A stretch of 64,000 nt of DNA from Vulcanimicrobiota bacterium. Its GTDB lineage: Bacteria; Vulcanimicrobiota; Xenobia; Xenobiales; JADMJV01. How positions within the stretch are numbered: position 1 is the first letter of the stretch; the number at the start of each line of letters is the position of its first letter. Below the pieces are notes generated by a model. That model was not told the origin of the DNA and ran no database searches. It saw only the letters and a program-made list of their open reading frames with translations. The stretch covers positions 119,513-183,512 of the forward strand of contig JBFWNU010000006.1 in NCBI GenBank assembly GCA_050250895.1, written 5' to 3'. Below, piece after piece: positions 40,642 to 49,779 of this stretch. A program made the position numbers and the translations under genes.

Positions 40642-41415
40642 TTAACTCCGTTCTGTTCCCCCTGAGAACCCTTTGTCCCCCGGCGGGCATTTCCTGGCCG
40701 CCCACTCCTCTCGTTCTTGTTGGCGAGCGCGAGCGCGTATTTCGGCCACGGAGAGTCCAGCGACTAAATCGGGAATCTCTCCCTCTTCGTTTATGATGGG
40801 GTAGGGCAGTCCCTCTTTCTGGCAAAATACGGTCACCTCGGGGTAAGCCCATTCAAAGAGAATTCGCTCGAAAACCTCGGCGGGAAGACGACTCTGGTCA
40901 TACAATCCTGCCTCCGTCCGCTGTCTTTGGGCTTCATATAACACGACCGCGGCCGCGACCGAGACGTTGAGCGAGACGCCCAGCCCCATCATAGGGATGA
41001 CCAGCGATTGGTCGACCAGGCGGCGAGCTGTTGGCGTGAGGCCGAATTTTTCGGCCCCCATCACCAGGGCGGTCGGCCGGGTGTAGTCATAGGCTCGAAA
41101 GTCGATGGCGTTGGGGGTCAGATCGACCCCCACCACCCGAAAACCCCTCGTTTTGAGTTCCGTGATGGCCGATTCGGTCTGGCGGTGAGGCTGTAAGCCG
41201 ACCCATTGAGCCACTCCGCTGCTATGGGCCTTGGACAACTCCGGCTCGATATCTTCGCTAAAGACAGCGTGGACCTCGAAGAGGCCAACCGCTTCGGCCG
41301 TGCGAAACACGGCCGAGAGATTCCAGACCTTGTGGACGCCGTCGAGCATTACGGTCAGGTCGGGCTGCCGCTGCGACAGGGCTTTGCGCATTCTGGCAAA
41401 ACGTTCTTTGGTCAC
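40642..41415 (-). CDS. trmH: tRNA (guanosine-18 2'-O)-methyltransferase
   Basis: RQPDLTV...HKVWNLSAVFRT, GAEKFG, IPMMG..VSLNVSVAA, LFEWAYP. Confidence 0.9.
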   Translation of the reverse strand: MTKERFARMRKALSQRQPDLTVMLDGVHKVWNLSAVFRTAEAVGLFEVHAVFSEDIEPELSKAHSSGVAQWVGLQPHRQTESAITELKTRGFRVVGVDLTPNAIDFRAYDYTRPTALVMGAEKFGLTPTARRLVDQSLVIPMMGLGVSLNVSVAAAVVLYEAQRQRTEAGLYDQSRLPAEVFERILFEWAYPEVTVFCQKEGLPYPIINEEGEIPDLVAGLSVAEIRARARQQEREEWAARKCPPGDKGFSGGTERS

Positions 41416-41430
41416 GGAGGCAACTTCCCG

Positions 41431-42246
41431 ATGGCGGATTCATCCCCTGGAAAACACCTCGATTTTTTCGACCCGGTCCGGGCCCGCCCGGTGCCCTCCA
41501 CCTACTATCCCGGGGGGGACTGTCTGGCCCTCTTTTCGGTCGGTTTCGGCGGTAGTCGCGATGGCTACGCTTATCTGGCCCGGCACTGGCAAAGCCTTGG
41601 ATTTTCGGTTTTGGTGGTAGAGCATGCGGGCAGTGGAGTAGAGGCTCTACGCCAACTCAACCGGCAGGGCCGCCAGCGGCGAGACGAACTTCTGTGGCAG
41701 CGCGTGGTGGACCCGGTCGAGGTGGCCCATCGTCCGCGCGATGCCTCGTTCGCCCTGACCAGCCTGATCGCTAGCCAGGGCCGGCCCGGGCGCGTGCTGG
41801 CGGCCGGGCACTCCTTTGGCTCCTACACCGTGCTTGCCCTGGCCGGCCTGCCGATCTGGGGCCGAAGTCGCTACGCCGACCCCCGCATCGAGGCGGGTTT
41901 GGCCATTTCACCCACTCCTCCCGGTGTCCACTTCTATCCCGAGAGCTACGCTGAACTGACGATGCCGATGCTCTTTCTGACCGGAACCCTTGATGATGTG
42001 CGCGAGGGGGTGGGCTATCAGGCTCGACTCGAGAGTTTTCGACTGGCCGGTGGGGCTGACCAGCATCTGGTCGTGCTCGAGGGGGCCCAACACCTGGCCT
42101 TTGCCAATATCGGGCTGGGTTTGGGACCGATCCTTTCCCAGGTCAAGGCGGTTACCGGCGCTTACCTCGAAAGTTGGCGCGACGGGCACGCCTTTCGTGC
42201 CCCCAGAGAGGTTCACTGGGAGCAAAGGGGAAGTGGGCAGCGGTGA
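41431..42246 (+). CDS. Alpha/beta hydrolase (dienelactone hydrolase-like)
   Basis: GFGGSRDGY, GHSFG, TGTLD, GAQHLAF; GGAGG RBS. Confidence 0.82.
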   Translation: MADSSPGKHLDFFDPVRARPVPSTYYPGGDCLALFSVGFGGSRDGYAYLARHWQSLGFSVLVVEHAGSGVEALRQLNRQGRQRRDELLWQRVVDPVEVAHRPRDASFALTSLIASQGRPGRVLAAGHSFGSYTVLALAGLPIWGRSRYADPRIEAGLAISPTPPGVHFYPESYAELTMPMLFLTGTLDDVREGVGYQARLESFRLAGGADQHLVVLEGAQHLAFANIGLGLGPILSQVKAVTGAYLESWRDGHAFRAPREVHWEQRGSGQR

Positions 42247-42956
42247 TTGTCAGCAACCAGAAACGACGTCTCCGGAGCCAGCTCGAAGAGCAAGGCTACG
42301 CGGCTCTACCTGCCGCTGAGATCGAGTTGGCCCGCCCTGCCCGCGAAGGGCTCGAGCGTCTGGCGGCCAGTTTCTCGGAATTGCCCCAGGATCGGCATAT
42401 GGGCGACGGCGGCAGCTATCGCTTCCGGCGTTTTAGCCGGTTTCGTTTCGACTCGATCAGCGGTCGACTCGACCCCCTGGCCGACACCTCGATTTATCAG
42501 TCGCTCGAGGATAACCCCCTCAACGGGGGCGTTTTGCGTACCTTCGAGGGTTTGCGAGCCGAAGTCGCCAACGAGCCCCTGCTAAGGGACCTGATCGCCT
42601 TTGATTTCGACAACCTGCCAGCCTCACCGGGGCTGTGGGTGGTCGGGGTTCACCAGGTTCGCATCTGCACCCACCAGGGACGGCCCGGCAAACCCACTCC
42701 CGAAGGTATCCACATCGATGGCGAAAGTTTTACGGTGCAACATCTGGTGTCTCGTAGCAATATCGAGGGCGGAGTCTTCAGGACCTATAACCAGCAGCGC
42801 GACCCGGTCTTCGAATGGCTACAAACCCAACCGCTGGATTCGATGTTCTTCACCGGGACCACGCTGCACAGCGCCAGCGAGATCCACTGTGCCAGTCCGG
42901 ATGGCCCCGGCTTTCGGGATATTTTCTTGATCGATTTCGATCCGCTACTTGCGTAG
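42243..42956 (+). CDS. 2OG-Fe(II) dioxygenase family protein
   Basis: YRFRRFS, NPLNGG..R.F, HQVRI, PTPEGIHIDG (HxD), distal H and RDIFLIDF. Confidence 0.82.
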   Translation: MIVSNQKRRLRSQLEEQGYAALPAAEIELARPAREGLERLAASFSELPQDRHMGDGGSYRFRRFSRFRFDSISGRLDPLADTSIYQSLEDNPLNGGVLRTFEGLRAEVANEPLLRDLIAFDFDNLPASPGLWVVGVHQVRICTHQGRPGKPTPEGIHIDGESFTVQHLVSRSNIEGGVFRTYNQQRDPVFEWLQTQPLDSMFFTGTTLHSASEIHCASPDGPGFRDIFLIDFDPLLA

Positions 42957-43874
42957 GACACGAGCGCGGTTGTAGATCCAGACACCCCAGGGATATTTGA
43001 CCTCAGGGTCGTCGGTGATCCAGCGGTCCATCTGGTTGATGATCCATCCCTCTTTGCCTGCCAGATCTCCGTCGCTGACCACGCTTACGTAGAAGCCGGC
43101 GACGTTAAAGATGTTGCTGTCGTAGTCTTTCCTGTTCTTGGGGATGGGGCCACGCCAGGCCGTCTTGCTGTACAGGAACTCGGTCTTGCTAAGGATCTGG
43201 ACTTTGGTGCCCTTCGGCAGCAACGACGATTCTTCTTCGCCCTCGGGATAGACTTCCATCTCCCACAGGCGCCGTTCACCCGCTTTGGTGAGGTTCTGGC
43301 TGGCGCCGGTGAACATCCGCGTATCCTCTTTGAGATCGTAGGCGGCCCCCTTTTCGATCTCCCAGGCTCGAGTCTTGTCCAGGGTTTCGGCCCCCACTTC
43401 CGAGCGCGACTCGAGCGTCTTGGCGTGGGCCGAGGCGATGTAAGAGCGAGCCTTGTCGGCGTGCGGGGATTTCGGAGCCAGTTCCACCACCCGGGCCGCA
43501 TATTTGAAAGCCTCGGAGTCGGTGGACGGTTCGGCTTCTTCATTGCCGAGAGTCAGGAGCATCAAAAAGTGGGCTTCGACATCGTCGGGTTTTTGCTTGA
43601 GGATCTCTTCAAGGACGGGCTTGGCCTCTTCATAATTCCGAGCGTAGACCAAATCTTCGGCTTTGGTGAAAAGCTTATGGAAAGCGATCTCTTCGGCGCT
43701 TGGTCCCTCTGGGGTTGGGGTCGCTTCAGCCGTCGGGGCGGCCGTGACGGTCGCGACCGGACTCGGCGTTGCGCCAGCGCCACCGCCACCACATGCTGCC
43801 ATAGTTGTTGCCAGAGCAATACCCATCGCCACGAAATATCTACGCACAAACCAACTCCTTTGAATCTGTTTCAT
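42945..43874 (-). CDS. TPR-containing lipoprotein
   Basis: Lipobox MAAC, T/P/A linker, TPR-like ARNYEEAKPVLEEILKQKPDDVEAHF. Confidence 0.75.
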   Translation of the reverse strand: MKQIQRSWFVRRYFVAMGIALATTMAACGGGGAGATPSPVATVTAAPTAEATPTPEGPSAEEIAFHKLFTKAEDLVYARNYEEAKPVLEEILKQKPDDVEAHFLMLLTLGNEEAEPSTDSEAFKYAARVVELAPKSPHADKARSYIASAHAKTLESRSEVGAETLDKTRAWEIEKGAAYDLKEDTRMFTGASQNLTKAGERRLWEMEVYPEGEEESSLLPKGTKVQILSKTEFLYSKTAWRGPIPKNRKDYDSNIFNVAGFYVSVVSDGDLAGKEGWIINQMDRWITDDPEVKYPWGVWIYNRARVLRK

Positions 43875-43961
43875 GGCTTCGCGCCCGACCACTTGATCCC
43901 TACAGTCAAAGGATGTTAACATCGCCCGGGGGGCCGCCGTCCCCGTGAATTGGGGTGTCAA

Positions 43962-44618
43962 GTGAGAGAACAAAGAATCGCCAACCGTTTCGATTGTGAC
44001 CGTCTCGTGCTGTTTGCGAGTGCCGAGAAGTCCGGCGTGGCGTCGGTCAAGGAAGTCAGCTTCTCGGGTCTGCGGCTCACGGCGAACCAACGGCTTTTGC
44101 CGGGGTGCGTGTTGACCCTTTCGCCCCTGACTGCGCCAGGTGAGCAGCGCGGCGTGAAGGGCAGGGTTTGCTGGACATCTGCCGGCCAGGGGCCGTTCGA
44201 ACTGGGTGTGCAACTGATGGATTCCCCTCACCAGGTCTCGCAGACGTTCGTCGGCGACGAGTTGGCCGCCCGCGAGGGCCGGCCTTCGCGCATCTTCCAG
44301 CGGCGTCGGACGGTGCGCATGGCGATTCGCCAGGCCGTTCGGGTGGGATTGGCTTTCTCGAGCCAGCAGGATGCCGAACTCGAGGATATCAGTCTGGGCG
44401 GTTGCGCCCTGCGTTGCCGGCAAAACTGGGCGGTGGGGATGCGGCTGATGGTGTGGGCCGTCTTGCCTACCACGCCCCTGGTCGTGTCGGCCCGGGTGGT
44501 GGGTCGTCGTCACGACGGCCTGTCGTGCTTGAAGTTCGAAAATCTCTCGGGCTGGCAAGAGCGAACCCTTGAAGACTGGATTCGCACTCACCAGGGCCGA
44601 CTTGAAGTCCCGGCCTGA
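43962..44618 (+). CDS. Tandem PilZ domain protein
   Basis: RIANRF/EVSFSG and RRRTVR/DISLGG motif pairs. Confidence 0.8.
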   Translation: MREQRIANRFDCDRLVLFASAEKSGVASVKEVSFSGLRLTANQRLLPGCVLTLSPLTAPGEQRGVKGRVCWTSAGQGPFELGVQLMDSPHQVSQTFVGDELAAREGRPSRIFQRRRTVRMAIRQAVRVGLAFSSQQDAELEDISLGGCALRCRQNWAVGMRLMVWAVLPTTPLVVSARVVGRRHDGLSCLKFENLSGWQERTLEDWIRTHQGRLEVPA

Positions 44619-44620
44619 TC

Positions 44621-45190
44621 GTGCCTCGTCTATTGATTGTAGAGGACGAACCTTTGACCCGGCGGGTCATGGAGGTAATTCTCGGAGCCGAGGGGTTTGA
44701 GTGTAGCGCCGTCGCCAGCGTGGACGAAGCGGCTCAGTTGCTTCACGAGGCCGACTTCGACCTGATGCTGCTGGACTGTTTTACCCCTGACTTTCGCGCT
44801 CCTGAATTGCTCGAATTGGCTCGGCTTCGCCAGCCCGACCTGCCGACCGTATGCGTCACCTCGGCCACGGACCGGGAGGTCGCGGCCCGATGCCTGGCCG
44901 TAGGAGCCAGATCGGTGCTGCTCAAGCCGGTGGGAGAAGGGGTGTTGCGCTGGGTGGCCCGGGGCTTTACCCAGCCCCCCGTCGAGCCGACCGAGGTCCG
45001 GGCGGCGTTGGCCAGAACCGTGGCCGAACTGCAGGAACAGCCTGATTCCTCCCGGGCTCTCGAGTTGGCCGAATTGGCGCAGGCGCGAGGCTGGTTCAGG
45101 ATCGAGGCGGTCGCTCGAGCCCTGGCCGCAGGTTTGGAAACCGAAAACGCGGCTGCCCTGCTGGACTGGCTCGTAGACGAAGCTGGCTGA
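44621..45190 (+). CDS. Response regulator receiver protein
   Basis: LLIVEDE, MLLD, VTS, LLKP; short helical C-terminal extension. Confidence 0.85.
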   Translation: MPRLLIVEDEPLTRRVMEVILGAEGFECSAVASVDEAAQLLHEADFDLMLLDCFTPDFRAPELLELARLRQPDLPTVCVTSATDREVAARCLAVGARSVLLKPVGEGVLRWVARGFTQPPVEPTEVRAALARTVAELQEQPDSSRALELAELAQARGWFRIEAVARALAAGLETENAAALLDWLVDEAG

Positions 45191-45200
45191 CGAATTTCGG

Positions 45201-45587
45201 TCAGCGCGAGGCGTCGAAGCTGCCGACCACCTTGAGATTGGTATCTACCACCAGGTCAAAGTTGCCTCGAGCGATGCCGCCCAGTGTCTGGACGGTCAGT
45301 TCGCCGGAAGCAACCTGGTGGGTGGCCTGGCCGAGCTTGAGTTCACCGCTGGCGATGGGAATGGTTTTGCCGACCACGTCGCCCTCGACCCCCGAGGCTA
45401 CCAATCGGACCGTGACTTCGGGACCCTGGCCTTCGAGCAGCAGCTGTCCGGATTCTATCTGTAGGTGGGCGCTGGCTGTGCTGTAGGACTTGCCTCCCAG
45501 GGTAAAACCCACAAAGGTCCGCTGCTCGGAGGAGCAGGCCGCCATCAAGATGCAAGCTAGCAACCCTAGAATCAGCCGGCTTTTCAT
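45201..45587 (-). CDS. Hypothetical lipoprotein
   Basis: MKSRLILGLLACILMAAC lipobox; beta-rich body. Confidence 0.7.
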   Translation of the reverse strand: MKSRLILGLLACILMAACSSEQRTFVGFTLGGKSYSTASAHLQIESGQLLLEGQGPEVTVRLVASGVEGDVVGKTIPIASGELKLGQATHQVASGELTVQTLGGIARGNFDLVVDTNLKVVGSFDASR

Positions 45588-45658
45588 GGCCACCTGATTC
45601 GGCTCGTTCCCGAGCCTCCCTGCGCAGGGATCGTCGTTTTGCCGACAAAGCCGCGGGG

Positions 45659-46522
45659 ATGCATCAGACAGTACTAGTTGTGGGAGCCGGCACCATGGGG
45701 TCGGGCATTGCCGAGGTGGCTGCCCGGGCGGGGCTGGCGGTAAGACTCTACGATGTCACCCGCGAGCGCGGATTGGCCGGCCTCGAGGCGGTGAGGCGTT
45801 CGCTGGATCGCGGAGTCGCCAAGGCCAAGCTCAGTCGCACCGAGGCCGATGAAGTGCTGGCTCGCATCGAAGTCGTCGAGCAGCTCCGGGCCACCGACTG
45901 CTCAGCCGTGTTCGAGGCGGTCAGCGAAAACATCCAACTCAAGAAAGAGCTTTTCGCGCAGCTCTCGGAGCAGGCCCCGCGGGCCTTGCTGGCCAGCAAC
46001 ACCTCGTCTTTGTCGATCACCGAGGTAGCGGCCGCGACGGCCGCTCCCGACCGGGTGGTGGGAATGCACTTCTTCAATCCCGCCCCCATCATGGACTTGC
46101 TCGAGATCGTGATGGCGGTGCAGACCTCTCCAGCCTCTCTCGACCAGGCCCGCCAACTGGCCGAGCGGTTCGGCAAGACGCCGATCGTGGTTCGCGACGT
46201 GGCCGGGTTTGCCACCTCTCGGTTGGGTATTCTGCTCGGCATGGAGGCGATCCGGATGGTCGAGACCGGGGTAGCCTCGGCGGCTGACATCGACACCGCC
46301 ATGGAACTTGGCTACCGCCACCCGATGGGACCTTTGAAGCTTACCGACCTGGTGGGCCTCGACGTGAGGCTGGCCATCGCCGAGCATCTCGCTCACGAAC
46401 TGGGTCCGCAGTTCAACCCCCCGCCACTTTTGCGAACCATGGTCCGGGCTGGCCGTCTCGGTAAGAAGACCGGCCAGGGTTTTTATCGCTGGGAGGGCAA
46501 CCAGGCTCACCCCGTGGGTTGA
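45659..46522 (+). CDS. 3-hydroxyacyl-CoA dehydrogenase
   Basis: GAGTMGSGIA, EAVSE, ASNTSSL, GMHFFNP, HPMGPL, GKKTGQGFY. Confidence 0.93.
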   Translation: MHQTVLVVGAGTMGSGIAEVAARAGLAVRLYDVTRERGLAGLEAVRRSLDRGVAKAKLSRTEADEVLARIEVVEQLRATDCSAVFEAVSENIQLKKELFAQLSEQAPRALLASNTSSLSITEVAAATAAPDRVVGMHFFNPAPIMDLLEIVMAVQTSPASLDQARQLAERFGKTPIVVRDVAGFATSRLGILLGMEAIRMVETGVASAADIDTAMELGYRHPMGPLKLTDLVGLDVRLAIAEHLAHELGPQFNPPPLLRTMVRAGRLGKKTGQGFYRWEGNQAHPVG

Positions 46523-46561
46523 CAAAAGGAACGCCCGCGCCACCCCTCGAACGCGGGCCGA

Positions 46562-46816
46562 ATGGCAAGATTATCAGCCTCGGTAAACGAGGAGACCAAA
46601 AACGCCCTCTACGAGGCAGCCGAAAAGCAAGGTGTTGCCGTCAGCCACATCGTTCAAGCTGCTCTAGACAGCTATCTCGGCAGCGGTAAATCAGCAGCCA
46701 GCCCGGGTCTCGAAGGCCTCGAAAGCCAGGTCCGCGATCTGACCGCTATGGTGGCAGCTCTCCGCCAGGAACTGGCGTCGGGGCCGCGCCGCTCGATTAC
46801 GCCGCGCTACTTCTGA
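46562..46816 (+). CDS. Small ribbon-helix-helix (CopG-like) protein
   Basis: MARLSASV strand followed by two helices (AVSHIVQAALDSYL) and a short coiled coil. Confidence 0.65.
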   Translation: MARLSASVNEETKNALYEAAEKQGVAVSHIVQAALDSYLGSGKSAASPGLEGLESQVRDLTAMVAALRQELASGPRRSITPRYF

Positions 46817-47244
46817 TCCGTGGGCTTGAGAATGTAGATCGGCGTGTGGCAGAGGCGTACGACCTTTTCGGCCACGCTGCCTAGCATGAAGCGGGCGAAC
46901 CCCGTTCTGCCGTGGCTCGACATCACAATCAGATCGGCCTTCTCTTTGTCAGCCGTGTCCACTACCGCGTGAGCCGGGCTCGGTCCAGGGTGCATATGGG
47001 TTTCGACGGCGAAACCCCGGTCACTCCATTTGGCCTTCAGGCCCTCGAGATAGGTGCGAACCATCTTTTCTTCCTCTTGATGGGCCACCACCGCGTCGAT
47101 AGGCGCCCACACCCCGATCTGGGGAAACTCGAGCACCCGGATGAGGACGAGCGTACCCTCTCGATCGAGTAGATCGGCGGCGGTCTCGACCGCTCGCTCG
47201 GATAGTTCAGAGCCGTCCAGGGGGACAACGATTCTTTGCGACAT
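46807..47244 (-). CDS. Universal stress protein
   Basis: IVVPLDGS, DLIVMSSHGRTG...LGSVAEKVVR; GGAGG RBS. Confidence 0.93.
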   Translation of the reverse strand: MSQRIVVPLDGSELSERAVETAADLLDREGTLVLIRVLEFPQIGVWAPIDAVVAHQEEEKMVRTYLEGLKAKWSDRGFAVETHMHPGPSPAHAVVDTADKEKADLIVMSSHGRTGFARFMLGSVAEKVVRLCHTPIYILKPTDQK

Positions 47245-47303
47245 ATGCACCTCCTATGGGATCGTCACATAGACGACCGGTTCGTTCAATGATATGCGTC
47301 AGC

Positions 47304-49610
47304 CTACTCGGCCGGAGGGATCTCGACCGGAACCGGGACCGGTTCGGGAGGAGGCGGAAGCTCGACCGGAGCGGCCGGAGGCGCCTCGATGGGCACCGGC
47401 GGCGGAGCCTCGACCGGGGCGGGAGCCACCGGAGCGGGTCCCGGCGCGGCCTCCATAGGCACCTCGGTCGGCAACTCGACCTGAGTGGGAACTGGGATCT
47501 CGGCCGGGTTATCAAAATTTACGTTCAGCGGTTTGGGAGCAGCTGTAGGTTGCTCGACCGCTTTGGTGGTCGGCTTGGCTTGCGTGTGGGTGCTCACGCC
47601 CGTGCTCGGAGCCGAGGTCGGCGGGCCGTGCAGGGTGCAGAAGCGACCAGGCAACGAATTCCGCGGATAGAGCTTGCGCAGAGCCCGGGGGCAGTTCGGA
47701 CCAATCCGCATCTTAGAATCGGCGCACACCAGCAGACCGACCTTCAGCGGATGGGTAATGGGAAGCTTCGAGGTTTTGGTGTTGCGCAGCGCATACTTCA
47801 TCACTTCGTGCCAGATGCCGGCCGGCAAATCGCCACCGTAGGAACGCCACATCTGGGTGAAGTCGTCGTTGCCCACCCAGACTGCCGTGGTGTAGTCCCG
47901 GGTGTATCCCACGAACCAGGCATCGCGAAAACTGTCGGTGGTCCCGGTCTTGCCGGCCACTTCGTGGTTTTCAAGATAGGCGCGCGTCCCGGTACCGGCC
48001 TGGACCACGGCCCGCATCATCTCCATCATGGAAGAGGCGGTGGACTCGGACAGGACCTCTTTGGTCTTGGGGTAACGGTTGTCCATCACCACATTGCCGT
48101 CTTTGTCGTAGATGATCTTGATGGGAGTGGCCGGGATGCGGACCCCCTGGTTGGGGAAAGTCGAGACCGCGTCGGCCATCTCGAGGGGCGAGACGTCGGC
48201 AGCGCCCAGGGCTAGCGAGTAGAAAGGATTGAGCTTGCCCTGGATACCCATCGAATGAGCCGTTTCAATGACGCGTTGGATGCCGGTCAACTGCATCAGG
48301 CGAACCGCCACCACGTTGCGCGAGTATTGCAGCGCGGTAGCCATGGTGATGGCGCCCATGAAACGATGGTCCGAGTTCTTGGGGCTCCAGTTGCCGATCT
48401 GAACGGGGGAGTCGGGCACCACCGTGCTCGGCGTATAGCCGCACTCGAGGGCGGTAGCGTAGACAAAGGTCTTGAAGGATGAGCCGGGCTGGCGCAACGC
48501 TTGCCAGGCTCGGTTGAACTGATTCTTGTCGTCCCACCTGGTGCCGCCAACCATAGCCTTGATGAAGCCGGTGCCGTTTTCGATGGTGACCAGGGCTCCG
48601 GTGTGGACGTTGAGATACTGCTGGTCACGCTTGACCATTTCGGTCAGGATCTTCTCGGCCTTGCCTTGCAGCTGAAGATCGACGGTGGTGTAGATTTTGA
48701 GGCCACCCCGGTAGAGCAGGTCTTCATCGAACTCTTTATAGAGTTGCTTGATGACGAAAGTGGTGAAGTAGGGCACCTTCAACACCTCGAACTCGGCCCC
48801 GCGCTTATTGGTCTGGTATTTCATCTCGCGCACCTGGTTGACGGCTTCGCGAAACTCGGCGTGGTTGAGATAGCCCAAATCGCGCATTCGTCGCAGGACC
48901 AGGATCTGGCGTTCTTTGGCGGCTTCGGGGTGAATGAGCGGCGAATACTCGGAGGGAGCCTGGGGTAGCCCGGCCAGCAGGGAAGCCTCGGCCGGGGTCA
49001 GGTCCTTCGGCTTCTTTTTGAAGTAGAGTTCGGCGGCCGAGTGCACACCATAGGTGCCCGAACCCAGGTAGATCTGATTGAGATAGAGCTCGAGAATCTC
49101 GTCCTTGGTATAGTGCTTCTCGATCTCGATGGCCAGCAAGACCTCTTTGAGCTTGCGGTCCATGCTCTGTTTGGGGTTGAGGAACAGGGCTCGCGCCAAC
49201 TGCATGGTGATGGTGCTGGCCCCCTGGGTATCGCTATTGGAAGCCGCCTGTTTGGCCGCGCGCAACACGCCGATGGGGTCGACCCCGCGATGCTCGTAGA
49301 AGCGCGAGTCTTCGATGGCCAGCACGGCGTGCTGAAGATGGGGCGAAATCTGGTCGAGAGGCGTCCAGGTACGGTTCTCTTTAAAGAGAGTGCCGATCAA
49401 CTGCCCGTCAGCGGAGTAGATCTTGGTGGTCAACGACGGCTCGTAATAGGCCAGGGTCGAGACATCGGGCAGCTCTTTGGAAATGTCCTCGAGCACGGTC
49501 TGCACGGCCGAAGCCACCGTCAGCACAATGGCTAGCGCAAACAGCCCCATCGAGATCAGGATGGTCAGGCAGCTACGGCGAACTTTGTGGTTCTTGCTCT
49601 TCTTACTCAT
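47304..49610 (-). CDS. Class A penicillin-binding protein (PBP1A family)
   Basis: TM anchor; glycosyltransferase EDSRFYEH, GASTITMQL; transpeptidase SSFK, SRN, KTG; Pro-rich tail. Confidence 0.94.
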   Translation of the reverse strand: MSKKSKNHKVRRSCLTILISMGLFALAIVLTVASAVQTVLEDISKELPDVSTLAYYEPSLTTKIYSADGQLIGTLFKENRTWTPLDQISPHLQHAVLAIEDSRFYEHRGVDPIGVLRAAKQAASNSDTQGASTITMQLARALFLNPKQSMDRKLKEVLLAIEIEKHYTKDEILELYLNQIYLGSGTYGVHSAAELYFKKKPKDLTPAEASLLAGLPQAPSEYSPLIHPEAAKERQILVLRRMRDLGYLNHAEFREAVNQVREMKYQTNKRGAEFEVLKVPYFTTFVIKQLYKEFDEDLLYRGGLKIYTTVDLQLQGKAEKILTEMVKRDQQYLNVHTGALVTIENGTGFIKAMVGGTRWDDKNQFNRAWQALRQPGSSFKTFVYATALECGYTPSTVVPDSPVQIGNWSPKNSDHRFMGAITMATALQYSRNVVAVRLMQLTGIQRVIETAHSMGIQGKLNPFYSLALGAADVSPLEMADAVSTFPNQGVRIPATPIKIIYDKDGNVVMDNRYPKTKEVLSESTASSMMEMMRAVVQAGTGTRAYLENHEVAGKTGTTDSFRDAWFVGYTRDYTTAVWVGNDDFTQMWRSYGGDLPAGIWHEVMKYALRNTKTSKLPITHPLKVGLLVCADSKMRIGPNCPRALRKLYPRNSLPGRFCTLHGPPTSAPSTGVSTHTQAKPTTKAVEQPTAAPKPLNVNFDNPAEIPVPTQVELPTEVPMEAAPGPAPVAPAPVEAPPPVPIEAPPAAPVELPPPPEPVPVPVEIPPAE

Positions 49611-49694
49611 GCGCCCCCAGGGTGGGTAAGACCCTGAATTATCTTCAAGATTGTTGGCTGGATTCCCGCCCCGCGGAGGAGGAATCAACCTCTA

Positions 49695-49723
49695 CTTTTA
49701 TAGCCTGGTCGCCAAAAAGTCAA
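49695..49723 (-). promoter_or_regulatory. Putative sigma70 promoter for PBP1A
   Basis: TTGACT-N17-TAAAAG on the minus strand. Confidence 0.45.
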
Positions 49724-49779
49724 ACGGATTCCCGGTTTACCCGGGCAGGATCCGACTAGCCGCTGGTTAACTGCCCCCG

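Noticed and set aside
43875-44591. N-terminal extension of the 548-aa ORF 42945-44591
   Set aside because: It is antisense to the PilZ gene; the lipoprotein signal starts at ATG 43874.
46519-46560. Promoter at TTGACA before the RHH gene, or a toxin-antitoxin pair
   Set aside because: No -10 box at the correct spacing and no co-oriented toxin-like neighbour; the USP gene is convergent.
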